DNA from: a virus
Reading direction: 5' to 3' (one strand)
Virus record (IMG/VR): IMGVR_UViG_3300044844_000428
Length of the DNA: 64,000 nucleotides
Shown here piece after piece: positions 9,681-20,022 of this stretch. The notes beneath the pieces were generated by a model, which saw only the letters and a list, made by a program, of their open reading frames with translations, searched no databases and was not told the origin of the DNA. A program made the position numbers and the translations under genes. Numbering within the stretch: the stretch's first letter is position 1; every line of letters begins with the position of its first letter.

Positions 9681-10268
9681 TTAAAAATCATTATAAATCT
9701 CCTTTAATTTATCAATATCAAATTTTACGAATTTCTTTAATTTTTTAATAACCAAGAATTCTTTTTTCCAGACTACAGAATGGATAGGTTCCCATTCTGT
9801 AATATAATCATTCATTTCATTCAAAATGTGCATAGTTTCTACTGATATCTTTCCTCCAATAAACAGTTTAAATAATTCTGGAACATCTCCATTAGTTTCA
9901 AATAGATCAGATTTTACTAATCCTTTCTTTTCCAAATGCAGACTAATGACATCAATATCTTCTTTGAATAAATGACTGATGCTTTGTTTTCTTTTATTCC
10001 ATATTGAAATATTTCTTTCAGCCATTGCAATATTATGAATTGGATTATCATTTCTATATGCGTAATTTGCAACTAGAAATTGTATTGCTTCTTTTTCAGA
10101 TTCAAACTTTCTTGCTACTGCATTATAGACGTTATAATCTCTTTTTTCTAAAAATTTTTCAAACGTTAATCCTCTAACACTTCCCTTATATTCAAACACA
10201 TTATATTTTTCATTAGTAAAATGAAGTTTTGTCGCTTTATCAAATTTGAATAAAGAATACCCATTCAT
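9681..10268 (-). CDS. 59: Helicase loader gp59
   Basis: KLHFT...YNVFEY.G, FLVAN, ISVET; canonical 33-59-32 order. Confidence 0.8.
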   Translation of the reverse strand: MNGYSLFKFDKATKLHFTNEKYNVFEYKGSVRGLTFEKFLEKRDYNVYNAVARKFESEKEAIQFLVANYAYRNDNPIHNIAMAERNISIWNKRKQSISHLFKEDIDVISLHLEKKGLVKSDLFETNGDVPELFKLFIGGKISVETMHILNEMNDYITEWEPIHSVVWKKEFLVIKKLKKFVKFDIDKLKEIYNDF

Positions 10269-10276
10269 TATAAACC

Positions 10277-10498
10277 CTATAGAATAGACATAGTAGAAGA
10301 TTTTGGTAGTTTTCCTTCATGTTGAAGTTCCATTTCAATTTTATCCTTTAATGATTTACTAATATGAGGAACAACATCATCAGGGTCAATAAAGTTTTCA
10401 TTACAATATTCAAGTATCGCATCAAGTTTTGTTAAACGTTTTTCAGTTGAAAGTTTCTCAATAAAAAGACTAAACTCGTTAGATGTGGCAGTATTCAT
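10277..10498 (-). CDS. 33: Late-transcription coactivator gp33
   Basis: FSLFIE, LDAILEYCNEN.ID, ISKSLKDKIE.E. Confidence 0.85.
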   Translation of the reverse strand: MNTATSNEFSLFIEKLSTEKRLTKLDAILEYCNENFIDPDDVVPHISKSLKDKIEMELQHEGKLPKSSTMSIL

Positions 10499-10749
10499 AA
10501 TATCTCCAAATAATATTTTGCTAGTCTAAATTGCTCAACAGTTTTCTCATATCTGTCAAACATTTCATTATATGGTTTTCTTATAGGATCATCATAACCT
10601 GCCTTAGTCATAACACTATTAGAATATTTTTGATTATAAGAATTGAACCATTCGTTAATATAATTCAATTCCAATTGCAATTCAGATAAAGCTTTTTGCA
10701 ATTGGAATTTTTCTTTTAACCCATATAAAACAGAAAGATTGGTTTTCAT
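10495..10749 (-). CDS. Hypothetical protein
   Basis: ORF overlapping the gp33 start, own promoter at 10777-10805. Confidence 0.6.
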   Translation of the reverse strand: MKTNLSVLYGLKEKFQLQKALSELQLELNYINEWFNSYNQKYSNSVMTKAGYDDPIRKPYNEMFDRYEKTVEQFRLAKYYLEIL

Positions 10750-10806
10750 AATAGACCCCTAAGTGATTAAGAATCTATTATAACATTCATTCTAGATTTG
10801 TAAACA

Positions 10807-11379
10807 TTAATTTAGTTCTTTAACTTCATCTGCTAAACCATATTCTAAAGCTTCATAAGGACTTAACCAGACATCATGAGGAGGCAACAAGATTTTATTG
10901 ATTTGCTCTTCTTCTAAATTTGAGAACTTCTTATAATGATTCATAAGCATAGTACTAGTCAAATCAAATGCCTTTGTTGCTGCTAATAATTCATGTTGTT
11001 TCCCTACTGAACCCCATGAATATTGGTGAGAAAGAATTGCAGTATTAGGAGTAAGAATTCTATGACCTTTCATTCCTGACATAAAAATCATTAAACCAGC
11101 AGAAGCAATTTGTCCAATACCAATAGTTCTTACTGGAATATGAGATCCTCTAATTACATCAATTAATGCAAAGCCAGCATTTAGATCACCACCTGATGAA
11201 CAAATCATTAAATTAAGCATTTCAGCTGGTTCTTCAGAAAAATTAGAATCGATAATCCATTCAATACATGGTCTAATTGTATCGTTTTCTATATCGTCCA
11301 TCAAGAGAAAAAATGCTTGGTGATCTCTATTGCCATTTAATGATTGATTGATTTGAGAAAACATTTTGTTTGTAGACAT
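10807..11379 (-). CDS. clpP: ClpP-like protease subunit
   Basis: ICSSGG, catalytic Ser in IASAG, His in ILSHQ, Asp in DVWLSPYEALEYGLAD. Confidence 0.85.
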   Translation of the reverse strand: MSTNKMFSQINQSLNGNRDHQAFFLLMDDIENDTIRPCIEWIIDSNFSEEPAEMLNLMICSSGGDLNAGFALIDVIRGSHIPVRTIGIGQIASAGLMIFMSGMKGHRILTPNTAILSHQYSWGSVGKQHELLAATKAFDLTSTMLMNHYKKFSNLEEEQINKILLPPHDVWLSPYEALEYGLADEVKELN

Positions 11380-11448
11380 TAAAAATTCCTTTATTAATTT
11401 AAGACATTCTATATAACATTAACTAGTATTGATAAAACCAGTTAACAA

Positions 11449-11480
11449 ATTATACATCATTTCCGGTCAAAAGTAAACAT
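11449..11480 (-). promoter_or_regulatory. Early promoter for clpP
   Basis: GTTTAC-N18-TATAAT. Confidence 0.7.
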
Positions 11481-11717
11481 TAATAAAGCAATTAATTTCA
11501 TAAATTAATATTTTTAGTAATAATTACGCAAAGTATTGATTGGTAATAACATAATTCCGGCTGGGTCAACCAGACAAGCTTTTTTAAAAATAAGACATAT
11601 ATTCTATCATCTTCAAGAAAATCATGAAAAACTAGTCCCTAAGTTATTGATTCTATTATTATAAAAATAGCGAAAAACACACGGTTCTGTTAGTTTAGCA
11701 TATTCCAGAATCAGATG

Positions 11718-11743
11718 AAAAAAAAGTCTTCCGAAGAAGACTT
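11718..11743 (-). terminator. Intrinsic terminator with UUCG tetraloop
   Basis: Minus strand AAGTCTTC-TTCG-GAAGACTT-TTTTTT. Confidence 0.9.
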
Positions 11744-11758
11744 AGTAGATTAGATAGG

Positions 11759-12232
11759 TTAGGTTTTTATAGCTTTGTAGAACCAATGGCCACCTATTTG
11801 AATACTACCTTTTGGATGACGTTTATTTTTGAATGAGTCAAATGAATCAAAGTTACCTATTGGATTTGGAACCTTGCCTTCTAGAACATTTTCTGCTACT
11901 GATAGAAATAAGGATTGTTCCTTTTTAGGAATTCTTTTTTGTGTATATTGTTGATGAACAATAGAGCATGGCCTTTTATGAAGTATCTTGGTTGACCTAT
12001 TGACTATAGTGTAACCTACTGCATGTTGACCAATTTTATGTTCTCCTCTGGCTTCAGAGTAAATGGTTTCTGCAGTGCATTGGATATCACTACTAGTAAA
12101 ATATTTTAGCTTATTAGATAAATGCTTTTTAGGCACAGATTGATTCGTTTGCTTTATCGGTTCCACCATTTCGTTTCCTGTTAATTCGGTGGAGGCCGAT
12201 AGTAATAACATCAATATAATGATTATTCGCAT
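11759..12232 (-). CDS. SleB-like cell wall hydrolase (Hydrolase_2)
   Basis: Signal-like N-terminus, C.AETIYSEARGE...GQ.AV...IVNR, IGGHWFY. Confidence 0.8.
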   Translation of the reverse strand: MRIIIILMLLLSASTELTGNEMVEPIKQTNQSVPKKHLSNKLKYFTSSDIQCTAETIYSEARGEHKIGQHAVGYTIVNRSTKILHKRPCSIVHQQYTQKRIPKKEQSLFLSVAENVLEGKVPNPIGNFDSFDSFKNKRHPKGSIQIGGHWFYKAIKT

Positions 12233-12362
12233 ATTGAAGTTCTCCTATTTTCAGTGATACCATACCCAAAACAGATACAGTATTTCCCTATTATCGGTCG
12301 ACTTGTTTTGCCTGTTGATAGTGTGTGGGAGTTTTTACTACGTTTAACTTATAAGCCTCTCC

Positions 12363-13019
12363 TTAAAATCCTTTACGGTGACGGAAATACCGACGTTCTT
12401 TATCTGCAATCGGTATCCAATCAACTGTCTTTTGAACAAAAACTCTGGGATCCTCATCATCAATAGCCATTAAGACTATTAACTGTTTTGGCTGCATTCC
12501 TGTCATTTCTGTGTAAGCAACTGCATACATAGCGCATTGGATAAAATATCCAGGAATGTCCGAGAGTTCTTTAACTCTTCTTGAAGTTTTAAAATCTATT
12601 ACTGATAGAACTCCGTCATATTCTGCTATGCAATCTACTGTTCCTGCAACTTCCAATTTATGAGAAAACAGAGTAGATTCTAGACAGTGTATATTATTTA
12701 TTGGTTTCAATACAGGCTTAAACCTATGCCATAATTCGCTGTCAAACATATCAGGTTGGACGTCCTTGTTGTTAATATAATCTTCACATAGACTATGTAT
12801 TCTGGTTCCTCTTCTAGCTGCTCTTTGAGAAATCTTATTTGCCTCTTCTTCACCTACTGCTTTACGCCATTCAAAAATTTCTTTCTTGCTGCGTAATCCA
12901 GTTACTGTAGTTACTGATGGATACTTATTGCCAGTAGGAGTTTCATATAATCTTGCTCCATCAACATTAATTCTTTTGAGTTTAGGAAGCTCTACTGGGA
13001 TATGAATTTTTCTATTCAT
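12363..13019 (-). CDS. PD-(D/E)xK exonuclease
   Basis: YPSVTTV, RGTRIH, AGTVDCI, IDFKTS, Q.A.Y. Confidence 0.85.
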   Translation of the reverse strand: MNRKIHIPVELPKLKRINVDGARLYETPTGNKYPSVTTVTGLRSKKEIFEWRKAVGEEEANKISQRAARRGTRIHSLCEDYINNKDVQPDMFDSELWHRFKPVLKPINNIHCLESTLFSHKLEVAGTVDCIAEYDGVLSVIDFKTSRRVKELSDIPGYFIQCAMYAVAYTEMTGMQPKQLIVLMAIDDEDPRVFVQKTVDWIPIADKERRYFRHRKGF

Positions 13020-13731
13020 TAGTATCTCTTAATAAAAGTACTTGACCTATTAATGACCCGTACATAATAGGACCACCCCACATAATAGATATAGAATATG
13101 CATCACCAGGGTGCTTGGTGTCAGAAACCCAATATGATCCTATTGAATGAGTAAGCAGGAATAGCTCATCTTTAGTAGGCAATCTCCACACAGAACTCAA
13201 TTGTTCTAACGCTTTAATAGCATCTGCCTTATTGGCAGGATTAGAAGTGATTGCTAATCTTTCAAGTTCCATAATTCACCCGTATAGGCGTTTAACATAA
13301 ATTTCAAATTCACACCCGTCATATTCTTCAATTAATTTTTCCATAGCAGTTTCTGCTAATTCTCTGGTTCGATATAGACCATTACTGCATGTTTCTTCAG
13401 GGCAGGATACTGAGTATCCAATAATTTCATATACATTTTCATCTGGAACTGCTTTTAAGATCTCAATACACTCATCAATTCTAACAAAAATAGTCAATGG
13501 AAATTCGTATTCACAGACATAATCAAGATGTTCTCGTACTTCTTCAAGTTTTTCTAATAATATTTTATCTTTCATCAGGAACTCCTACTAAATGACAATG
13601 CTGGGTTCTTGGTAAATCTTTCTCGCATTCATTGATTAGTGTATTAATTTTATTTGCATTATAAAATGCACCGAAGATAATGATTACAATCAAAATTGCA
13701 ACTACTATCAAACTCCAATTGTACTCACTTT

Positions 13732-14169
13732 TCATTTGCCATCTCCGATGTGGCGGTATTTGCAGCAAGCATGAAATTGTAGATGACTTTTTGATGCAAC
13801 CCATTGTTCACCATCAGCACCAAATATTTCAAACTCAACCCAAGGGTCATCACGTCTTTGTGCAACTTCTGCATATTTCATAATCATTTCTGCGTGTGGG
13901 TGTGGTGTTACAGGTTTTGGTGGTCTGTCATATTTTGCTAAATGATATCCATGTGTGTTAAATCCATTCTTGATAACCCATGTTACAGATACTGATGCTC
14001 CGATTGCGGTGTCTGGTGCTCTACTCCAATCCACATTAACTTGAAGTCCGGTTTGCTTTTCGTTCCATCTGTAAAGTGTTTCTAAATACGAAGTTTCTTC
14101 GTTATCATTCCACCACTCAGCGTGGGTTTTTCTAATCTGTTCAAGTTGTTCTTCAGTCAATAAACTCAT
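13732..14169 (-). CDS. Hypothetical protein with C-terminal PHPHAE module
   Basis: Coherent ORF in a tightly packed operon. Confidence 0.6.
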   Translation of the reverse strand: MSLLTEEQLEQIRKTHAEWWNDNEETSYLETLYRWNEKQTGLQVNVDWSRAPDTAIGASVSVTWVIKNGFNTHGYHLAKYDRPPKPVTPHPHAEMIMKYAEVAQRRDDPWVEFEIFGADGEQWVASKSHLQFHACCKYRHIGDGK

Positions 14170-14328
14170 ACTACACCTTGGATTTATAGTTGCTATATCG
14201 ATTAGTCCACGAATGAACAGTTCCGTTATAATATTTACTTCCAGTTATAATTACATCTGATGGTTCGGCAGTTACACCATGATATCGCCCAACAAGGTAT
14301 GATATAATTACTAATATGCTTGTTAATA

Positions 14329-14544
14329 TCATAACTTCACCTCCTCAAAAAACTTTAAAAAATCTTCAGTGGTTCTTACATAAATGGCTGAACTACTTGT
14401 ATTGCTATACATTACACCTTCTTCCCATCCACGAACAGTTTTCATTAAAACATTTCCGATTGTAGTATATTCGTTGCCAGTGCGTAGATGTTTATAGTTA
14501 CGCATTGGATTAACAGGTTCGTCAAGAACACTTTTTGATTTCAT
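14329..14544 (-). CDS. DUF1653-like small protein
   Basis: YKHLRTGNEY, VMY....AIYVR...DF..FF; probable start MKSKS. Confidence 0.55.
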   Translation of the reverse strand: MKSKSVLDEPVNPMRNYKHLRTGNEYTTIGNVLMKTVRGWEEGVMYSNTSSSAIYVRTTEDFLKFFEEVKL

Positions 14545-15083
14545 AATTCCACCTCCCCAGAATTCAACATATCGCAAGCGCGTTGGGCGTGTTCGCGTGT
14601 TGTGAAATAAACACTAACGTCTTGATGATTCCGATTAAGACTAACCACCCATTTTTTATCATAAATATGAAGAAATAATTTCCATTTCTCAAATTCTTCT
14701 AAATTCCAATCCGGCACATCATCTCCACACAATTCATCACGCAACGCCAACAACCGATTAAACCTACGCATCTCAACCGCTGCACGCTCTGCTTGTTCTT
14801 GAGTTGGTCGTCTTGTACCAAACAACGTCGCCTGTTCACAATTTATTGATACTGTTGCAGGAACGATGTCATTATTACTAGTAATCCACCAATCCCCACC
14901 AACAGGCGACCACTTAACCGGTTTGCGGCGATATTCAAATGATTTCGACCAACTTGGATTAATCCCTAAAGTTTCCCAATCACCATAATCATGTTTACCT
15001 TCCCACAACTCCCAAGGGTTCTCATTAGTCAATGCGTCTTGTGCATATTCTAACATCAATTCAGCATGTTCGTGCCCACTCAT
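14541..15083 (-). CDS. Hypothetical protein with N-terminal H.HAE module
   Basis: ORF; appears GC-richer than flanks by eye. Confidence 0.6.
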   Translation of the reverse strand: MSGHEHAELMLEYAQDALTNENPWELWEGKHDYGDWETLGINPSWSKSFEYRRKPVKWSPVGGDWWITSNNDIVPATVSINCEQATLFGTRRPTQEQAERAAVEMRRFNRLLALRDELCGDDVPDWNLEEFEKWKLFLHIYDKKWVVSLNRNHQDVSVYFTTREHAQRACDMLNSGEVEL

Positions 15084-15084
15084 A

Positions 15085-15294
15085 TTATTCTCCAGTGAAA
15101 TTGTTCAGTTTTTCTTTACGGATAAAATCAAGTTCATGTTCAGTAATATGGTATTCATATTTACCACCTCTCCATGATACTTCTGCCTTACCAGCTTTAG
15201 TGGCTTCCTTGAAGGATGAAAATATACCAACAACATAACTATGAGATTCTCTATCACCCCATCTTAATGCTTCTACTACAAATAAATTGCTCAT
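15085..15294 (-). CDS. Hypothetical protein (paralog of 38125-38376)
   Basis: Shared GDRE.HSYVVG.F and GKY motifs. Confidence 0.65.
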   Translation of the reverse strand: MSNLFVVEALRWGDRESHSYVVGIFSSFKEATKAGKAEVSWRGGKYEYHITEHELDFIRKEKLNNFTGE

Positions 15295-15716
15295 TTCACT
15301 TCTCCTAATACAAATAATGATTGTGGTTCGTACATATTGGATTCTGACATCTCGTTACCTTCAGCATCACGACCATAAGCAACCTGATAAGCACCCATTG
15401 AATCGTCATACTTGTCATCTATTTTATCAATGAATACCATAGGACCGATAGTATGCGAACCAATAGTACCAATAGATTGGTCATCGATTACAAATTGGGT
15501 TTTGGTAACATATTCGAGTTTGAATCCTGCATCAGTAAAGCGTTTAGCATCCGCTTTTTTACGGTATACTTTATTGATACGTACGGAATTAACTATTGGA
15601 TAAACTTCAGCTAATGATAACTCCTCATGAGTTGCAATTGCTAAAAATTTTTTAGACGGGATAAAGAAAAATTCTTCTTTAGATTGGAATTTAGCCATGA
15701 TGTAGTACCTCTTCAA
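15291..15716 (-). CDS. Hypothetical early protein
   Basis: Directly downstream of hairpin promoter and GAGG SD; true start probably 15701 or 15698. Confidence 0.55.
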   Translation of the reverse strand: MKRYYIMAKFQSKEEFFFIPSKKFLAIATHEELSLAEVYPIVNSVRINKVYRKKADAKRFTDAGFKLEYVTKTQFVIDDQSIGTIGSHTIGPMVFIDKIDDKYDDSMGAYQVAYGRDAEGNEMSESNMYEPQSLFVLGEVK

Positions 15717-15728
15717 AGTTGTTAAAAA

Positions 15729-15771
15729 TTTAATATGGTTCTATTATATCAAGAACCATATTAAAGTACAC
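15729..15771 (-). promoter_or_regulatory. Early promoter with 14-bp stem-loop (PeSL-like)
   Basis: tttaatatggttct-attatatca-agaaccatattaaa followed by gtacac. Confidence 0.8.
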
Positions 15772-15777
15772 TATTAT

Positions 15778-16149
15778 TTAATCTTTTTCATACCTTTTTA
15801 TTAAAGATCTAATTTTATTTCCTTCAGAATCTGTCTCCACTTTGTTATGATTCACTGTAAAGATTTTTCCTCTTTTGTTGGCCATAAAATGTAAATGCTC
15901 TTTTGATTTACCTGTGCTTGCAAGTCTAACATGATGGTGACCCTCGTCATCTACTTTATGTTGGAATGCAGTTTTATTTCCGGCGGGTATTGTTGAATGA
16001 TAATCAGAATACGCTTCATGATTTGTTATTGATTTCCATAATGCCTTAGCATGAACCTTTTCCAAATGATCTTTCATATCCTTATCAGACAAATTCTTAG
16101 TCCATTCCGTTTCTAAGGATTCATTAATATGGTCTTTAAACGATTTCAT
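15778..16149 (-). CDS. Putative internal head protein (capsid-targeting N-terminus)
   Basis: MKSFKDHINE resembles T4 CTS MKTYQEFIAE. Confidence 0.55.
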   Translation of the reverse strand: MKSFKDHINESLETEWTKNLSDKDMKDHLEKVHAKALWKSITNHEAYSDYHSTIPAGNKTAFQHKVDDEGHHHVRLASTGKSKEHLHFMANKRGKIFTVNHNKVETDSEGNKIRSLIKRYEKD

Positions 16150-16226
16150 TCAATCTCTCCCTTATTAGTATAGTTCTATTATATCACGGATTTTAAAAAT
16201 GTACAACTATTTATTCTCCGGATACT

Positions 16227-16251
16227 AAAATGCCCCAATTAAGAGGCAATT
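16227..16251 (-). terminator. Intrinsic terminator
   Basis: Minus strand TGCCTC-TTAATT-GGGGCA-TTTT. Confidence 0.6.
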
Positions 16252-16293
16252 ATATTTTAGTATAAATAGTTAAAATTAAATTCAAGATCAGAT

Positions 16294-16572
16294 ATGATAG
16301 CAATGCTATATGAAAGAAATCATTCTCCTAACAATCCTTGGAAACTTAAAGAAAATATAGAAAAAACTTCAATTAGAAATCGTATGATTGAATCTTATAA
16401 AGAAGGAACTCATCCAATGCAGAAGCAAGAAAATAAGGATTCTGCTTCTGCGAGAATGAAAATAACTATGGCAAATTTACCAATATTAAAGTGTCCTTCA
16501 TGTGGACTAGAAGGAAAAGGCAGTAATATGAAAAGATGGCATTTTGAAAATTGTAAACATAAAATAGATTAA
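16294..16572 (+). CDS. Homing endonuclease C-terminal remnant (Zn module)
   Basis: CPSCG..G.G.NMKRWHF.NCK tail; TATAAATA at 16261-16268; no catalytic domain seen. Confidence 0.55.
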   Translation: MIAMLYERNHSPNNPWKLKENIEKTSIRNRMIESYKEGTHPMQKQENKDSASARMKITMANLPILKCPSCGLEGKGSNMKRWHFENCKHKID

Positions 16573-17348
16573 CTATATTTTATAGAATTATTTTTTTCCA
16601 TGGCTTCCTCGGCCATTATCCAAGATTTTACTAATCCAGATCTTACAATATCGTTTGGAGTAAAATGTATTCTAGTAAATTCTGTCATAGTATCTGCCAC
16701 TTGTATAAACTGAGGAAGCCCAGATACATCAGTAGATTTTTTTATTAGGTCATTTTGTTTTGTATCGCCTACAAAAATAATCTTTGACTGATGACCTACT
16801 CTAGTAATTACTGTTGACAGTTCATGATATGTCATAGATTGACATTCGTCAACAATAACTACTGAATTGTCCAGGGACATACCACGAATTGCAGTGGTTG
16901 TCATGAATTCAATGTATCCCTGTTCTTTTAATCTTTGATATGCGTCTTTTTTATTAAATAATGTTGATGCGATTTGAATGTATGGGTCTTCATAAATTGA
17001 CGTTTTTTCTTCAAGTGTGCCTTTTAAAAATCCAACATCTCTTGTCTGAACCGCAGACCTAACAATAAGTACTTGGTTGAAACTGTTACCTCGGCACATC
17101 ACTTCTTCTAGAGCCTTATATAAAGCTATAAAACTCTTTCCTGTTCCTGCACTACCAGATAACATCATAAAATAGTCACCTAACTTATAAGCATCAAAGA
17201 ATGCTCGTTGATTATCAGTTAATGGTGAGAATGTTTTTAGATCTTCAATCCGCATTTTGATTCTATTGGAAACAGGGGCGACATTCTGTTTAATAGTTTC
17301 TTGTACGTCATCAAAATGCTTTTCAATAATTCTGGGTCTGCGAGCCAT
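16569..17348 (-). CDS. phoH: PhoH-like ATPase
   Basis: GSAGTGKS, GFL.G...EK, RGMSL, DECQ, TRVG, GDTKQ.D, DIVRSGLVK. Confidence 0.92.
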   Translation of the reverse strand: MARRPRIIEKHFDDVQETIKQNVAPVSNRIKMRIEDLKTFSPLTDNQRAFFDAYKLGDYFMMLSGSAGTGKSFIALYKALEEVMCRGNSFNQVLIVRSAVQTRDVGFLKGTLEEKTSIYEDPYIQIASTLFNKKDAYQRLKEQGYIEFMTTTAIRGMSLDNSVVIVDECQSMTYHELSTVITRVGHQSKIIFVGDTKQNDLIKKSTDVSGLPQFIQVADTMTEFTRIHFTPNDIVRSGLVKSWIMAEEAMEKNNSIKYS

Positions 17349-17364
17349 AAAATTCCTTTTCTAG

Positions 17365-17610
17365 TTAAATGTCAGTAGTCTGATTGAGTATACTACCGGA
17401 TGTTCTTGAATGTATCTTTTGTAATACTTCCTTAAATGCACCTCCCTTTGTTAGTCCACCAGACATCCTAACAGAATTACATAATGCCGGAGTTGACAAT
17501 TGGATTTCTAAATGAGGATTGGATTTCTTAAAGTCATCCAACTCAGACATTTTAATTATCCGTTCCGTAACTTCACCAGTTTCTTTATTTTTGAAATCGT
17601 ACGTTGGCAT
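17365..17610 (-). CDS. FmdB-like regulatory protein
   Basis: MPTYDFKNKETGE start (true ATG 17610), upstream of phoH as in many T4-like phages. Confidence 0.7.
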   Translation of the reverse strand: MPTYDFKNKETGEVTERIIKMSELDDFKKSNPHLEIQLSTPALCNSVRMSGGLTKGGAFKEVLQKIHSRTSGSILNQTTDI

Positions 17611-18032
17611 TAAACAATCTCCATCAGTGATGTCTTCCAATCTCCAGTATATTCCAATTCGTAAAATACTGCATGTCCATCTCCACCATCCCAGTCGCTA
17701 ATCGCAACAACAGGAACCATAGAACCGTCATAAGCGTAAACCGATCCGTCTTTATCTGTGGCAATCCATGCTTTATTAGGATTCACGTATAATTGGATTC
17801 CAAAGTAATCTATTTTCTTTAAATTCATTGAAAATTTAAAGTCGTTATATTCAACAAGATTCATATCAGAACTAAAAGCAATTCCTTTGCTATCCCATTT
17901 TAATAGTTTATCAGTGCCATCTAGTTCTCTTACTACTCCATGGATATAATCTTTTTGATTATTAATACTATAAAGAATGACAGATAATCCAGATTGAGTT
18001 TTGTAGTTTTTGTTTAAATCGATTCTGCTCAT
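17610..18032 (-). CDS. Hypothetical protein
   Basis: WIATDKDG.VYAY...P and DWKTSL motifs of phage accessory proteins. Confidence 0.6.
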   Translation of the reverse strand: MSRIDLNKNYKTQSGLSVILYSINNQKDYIHGVVRELDGTDKLLKWDSKGIAFSSDMNLVEYNDFKFSMNLKKIDYFGIQLYVNPNKAWIATDKDGSVYAYDGSMVPVVAISDWDGGDGHAVFYELEYTGDWKTSLMEIV

Positions 18033-18219
18033 AATAAAAATTCCTTAATTAGGTATTGTTCTTTTTTGGGATCGTAATACTCACCCCTTTCAATACTGTA
18101 ATAGTAAACTATACCGTTCCTCCTGAAAGGACCTACATGATTAGGAAGCTCTCCAAAACCATCTAACATAGCATATTGTTTATTATCATCACATTTAATA
18201 GGGGTGAATCTGTACATAA

Positions 18220-18375
18220 CTAGTCCTCTTTAGTATCGTGAACTACAGGTTCGTTTTCTTTTGGAGGTTCTTTTACTTTGTTCCAATCAATTGCATCCCA
18301 ATTGTCCCTGTATTTCTTCATATCAACACGGTCGGCAGAACCTTTACCGCCTTCCCATTGTCCTATTGCCATCAT
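18220..18375 (-). CDS. Small hypothetical protein
   Basis: Below cutoff; MMAIGQWEGGKGSADR...YRDNWDAIDW, AGGAGG SD. Confidence 0.6.
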   Translation of the reverse strand: MMAIGQWEGGKGSADRVDMKKYRDNWDAIDWNKVKEPPKENEPVVHDTKED

Positions 18376-19698
18376 ACCTCCTTTTCTTTATAATATCTAT
18401 ACAACTTTACAAAGTGTGCAAATTGTATTGGATGATGAATATGGTCTGGTAATTTTCCAAACATTAACAGCATTTCTTCGTATATATTCTTAACTTCGAT
18501 TGTATTCAATAGCAAAATCCTATAACTGGTAAAAATTCAACATGTTTATCTATTTCGCTTATGCTAGAATCATGACTGGTTTTTGTCTTAATTACGTTAA
18601 CAATTTTAAAGTCATAAATTCTTCCGAAAGATAATCCTTCAGATGACCAGTTAAGATCGCTTGCTTTAACTGGTAAATGAACATGACTAATGATTCCTTC
18701 ATCAGATATTGTACGATATGATACTAGTGAATCATCAGAGATTGGTTGAACTGAACCGTTGTGTTTAATAAATTGAGTAGTCATTGTATTTCCTTGTTGG
18801 TAAATTAAATTTCGAGTTTAAGTTTTGCTAGTTTTTCTTCAAGTTCTTGAATTTCTTTATTTCTTTTATCTCTCATTGAGTCACTATTATGAAATCTGAC
18901 ATAATTATCATATAGATTTCTACATCTAGTATTGTATTCATCAATTGGTTCCAAATCATAGTAGCCAATGTCATTAGCAATTTCTCCAGTAACAATATTG
19001 TATGAATCATCATCCGACCACAATCTTATTACTAGATCCTTATCTTCATGCTTATTTTTGAATTCTAGTAACTCATCTATCAATCCATTAACCTTAACTT
19101 CTTCAAGATTTCCTAGTATAGATCCAACAGTAAAGAATTTGTGTGTTCTGGTTTGTTTGTGTATTTTCATGTACTGATCATAAGTTGCTAACATTTGAAT
19201 GCTCCATATAACTAATCATAAATCTAATATTGGCTGGGGTAAATTCTCCACTGAGATAAGCGTCTTTAAGATTTGACCAATCAGTGCTTAAACCGATTTT
19301 GGTATCTAACATTCCTGCTATCGTGTAACTGAAAGACTGGTCGTCATTATAATAAGAATATACTGCGTGAATTAATTCTAAGTCACTTATAGTATTTTTC
19401 ATTTTATACATCCTCCAAAATTGATAAAATATCCAAACCATCACCGTGTTTGAAAATGGCTCTTGCTTTTGCATCTTCTTCATCAAACGCTACAATGTAG
19501 TCGAATCCGTGGACAATGTCTTTTTTGAAGAAGTAATCGAATTTTTCATATTCCACTTCAAAAGATTTCATATTAGCTGGAAGGGATTTGTCTAGTCTGT
19601 TTAAATTTATTGATTTCATTTTGAAATTCCTCATCAAGTTAACATGAGTCTATTATATCATTATTGCCATAAAAGTACACAAAAGAATGCGATTATTT

Positions 19699-19706
19699 TA
19701 TAAATA
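19699..19706 (+). promoter_or_regulatory. Late promoter TATAAATA for membrane-protein cassette
   Basis: Exact consensus, then AGGAG SD and ATG at 19732. Confidence 0.8.
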
Positions 19707-19731
19707 ATAATGAATTTAACAGGAGACACGC

Positions 19732-20022
19732 ATGGAAAGCAATATCACTGGTTGGTTCGATTTGATAAGCAAAGTTGGATTCCCTATAGTATCTGCTATT
19801 GCAGCAGGATACTTCATTTTCTTAACTCTTAAATTTATACTTGATGGTACATTAAGTTCAATAAAAAGTCTTTCAAGTATTATCATCCGATTAGACCATA
19901 GAATCGATATAATGTCTAATGACTTAATAAGAATTGATGTATTGGTATCTACTGCACTGGGATTAAAACCTGATACTAGTAGAATAGCACGTTCTGAACA
20001 ATCAGACCATAGAGGAGATTAG
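19732..20022 (+). CDS. Membrane protein (GFPI motif)
   Basis: One TM helix after VGFPI, coiled-coil C-terminus. Confidence 0.7.
   Translation: MESNITGWFDLISKVGFPIVSAIAAGYFIFLTLKFILDGTLSSIKSLSSIIIRLDHRIDIMSNDLIRIDVLVSTALGLKPDTSRIARSEQSDHRGD

Noticed and set aside
12233-12362. Riboswitch in the 130-bp leader of the SleB-like hydrolase
   Set aside because: Only short scattered pairings; no match I can support to c-di-GMP or c-di-AMP consensus
12363-13019. Cas4 / CRISPR adaptation gene
   Set aside because: Lacks the four-Cys Fe-S pattern; ordinary T4-like PD-(D/E)xK exonuclease
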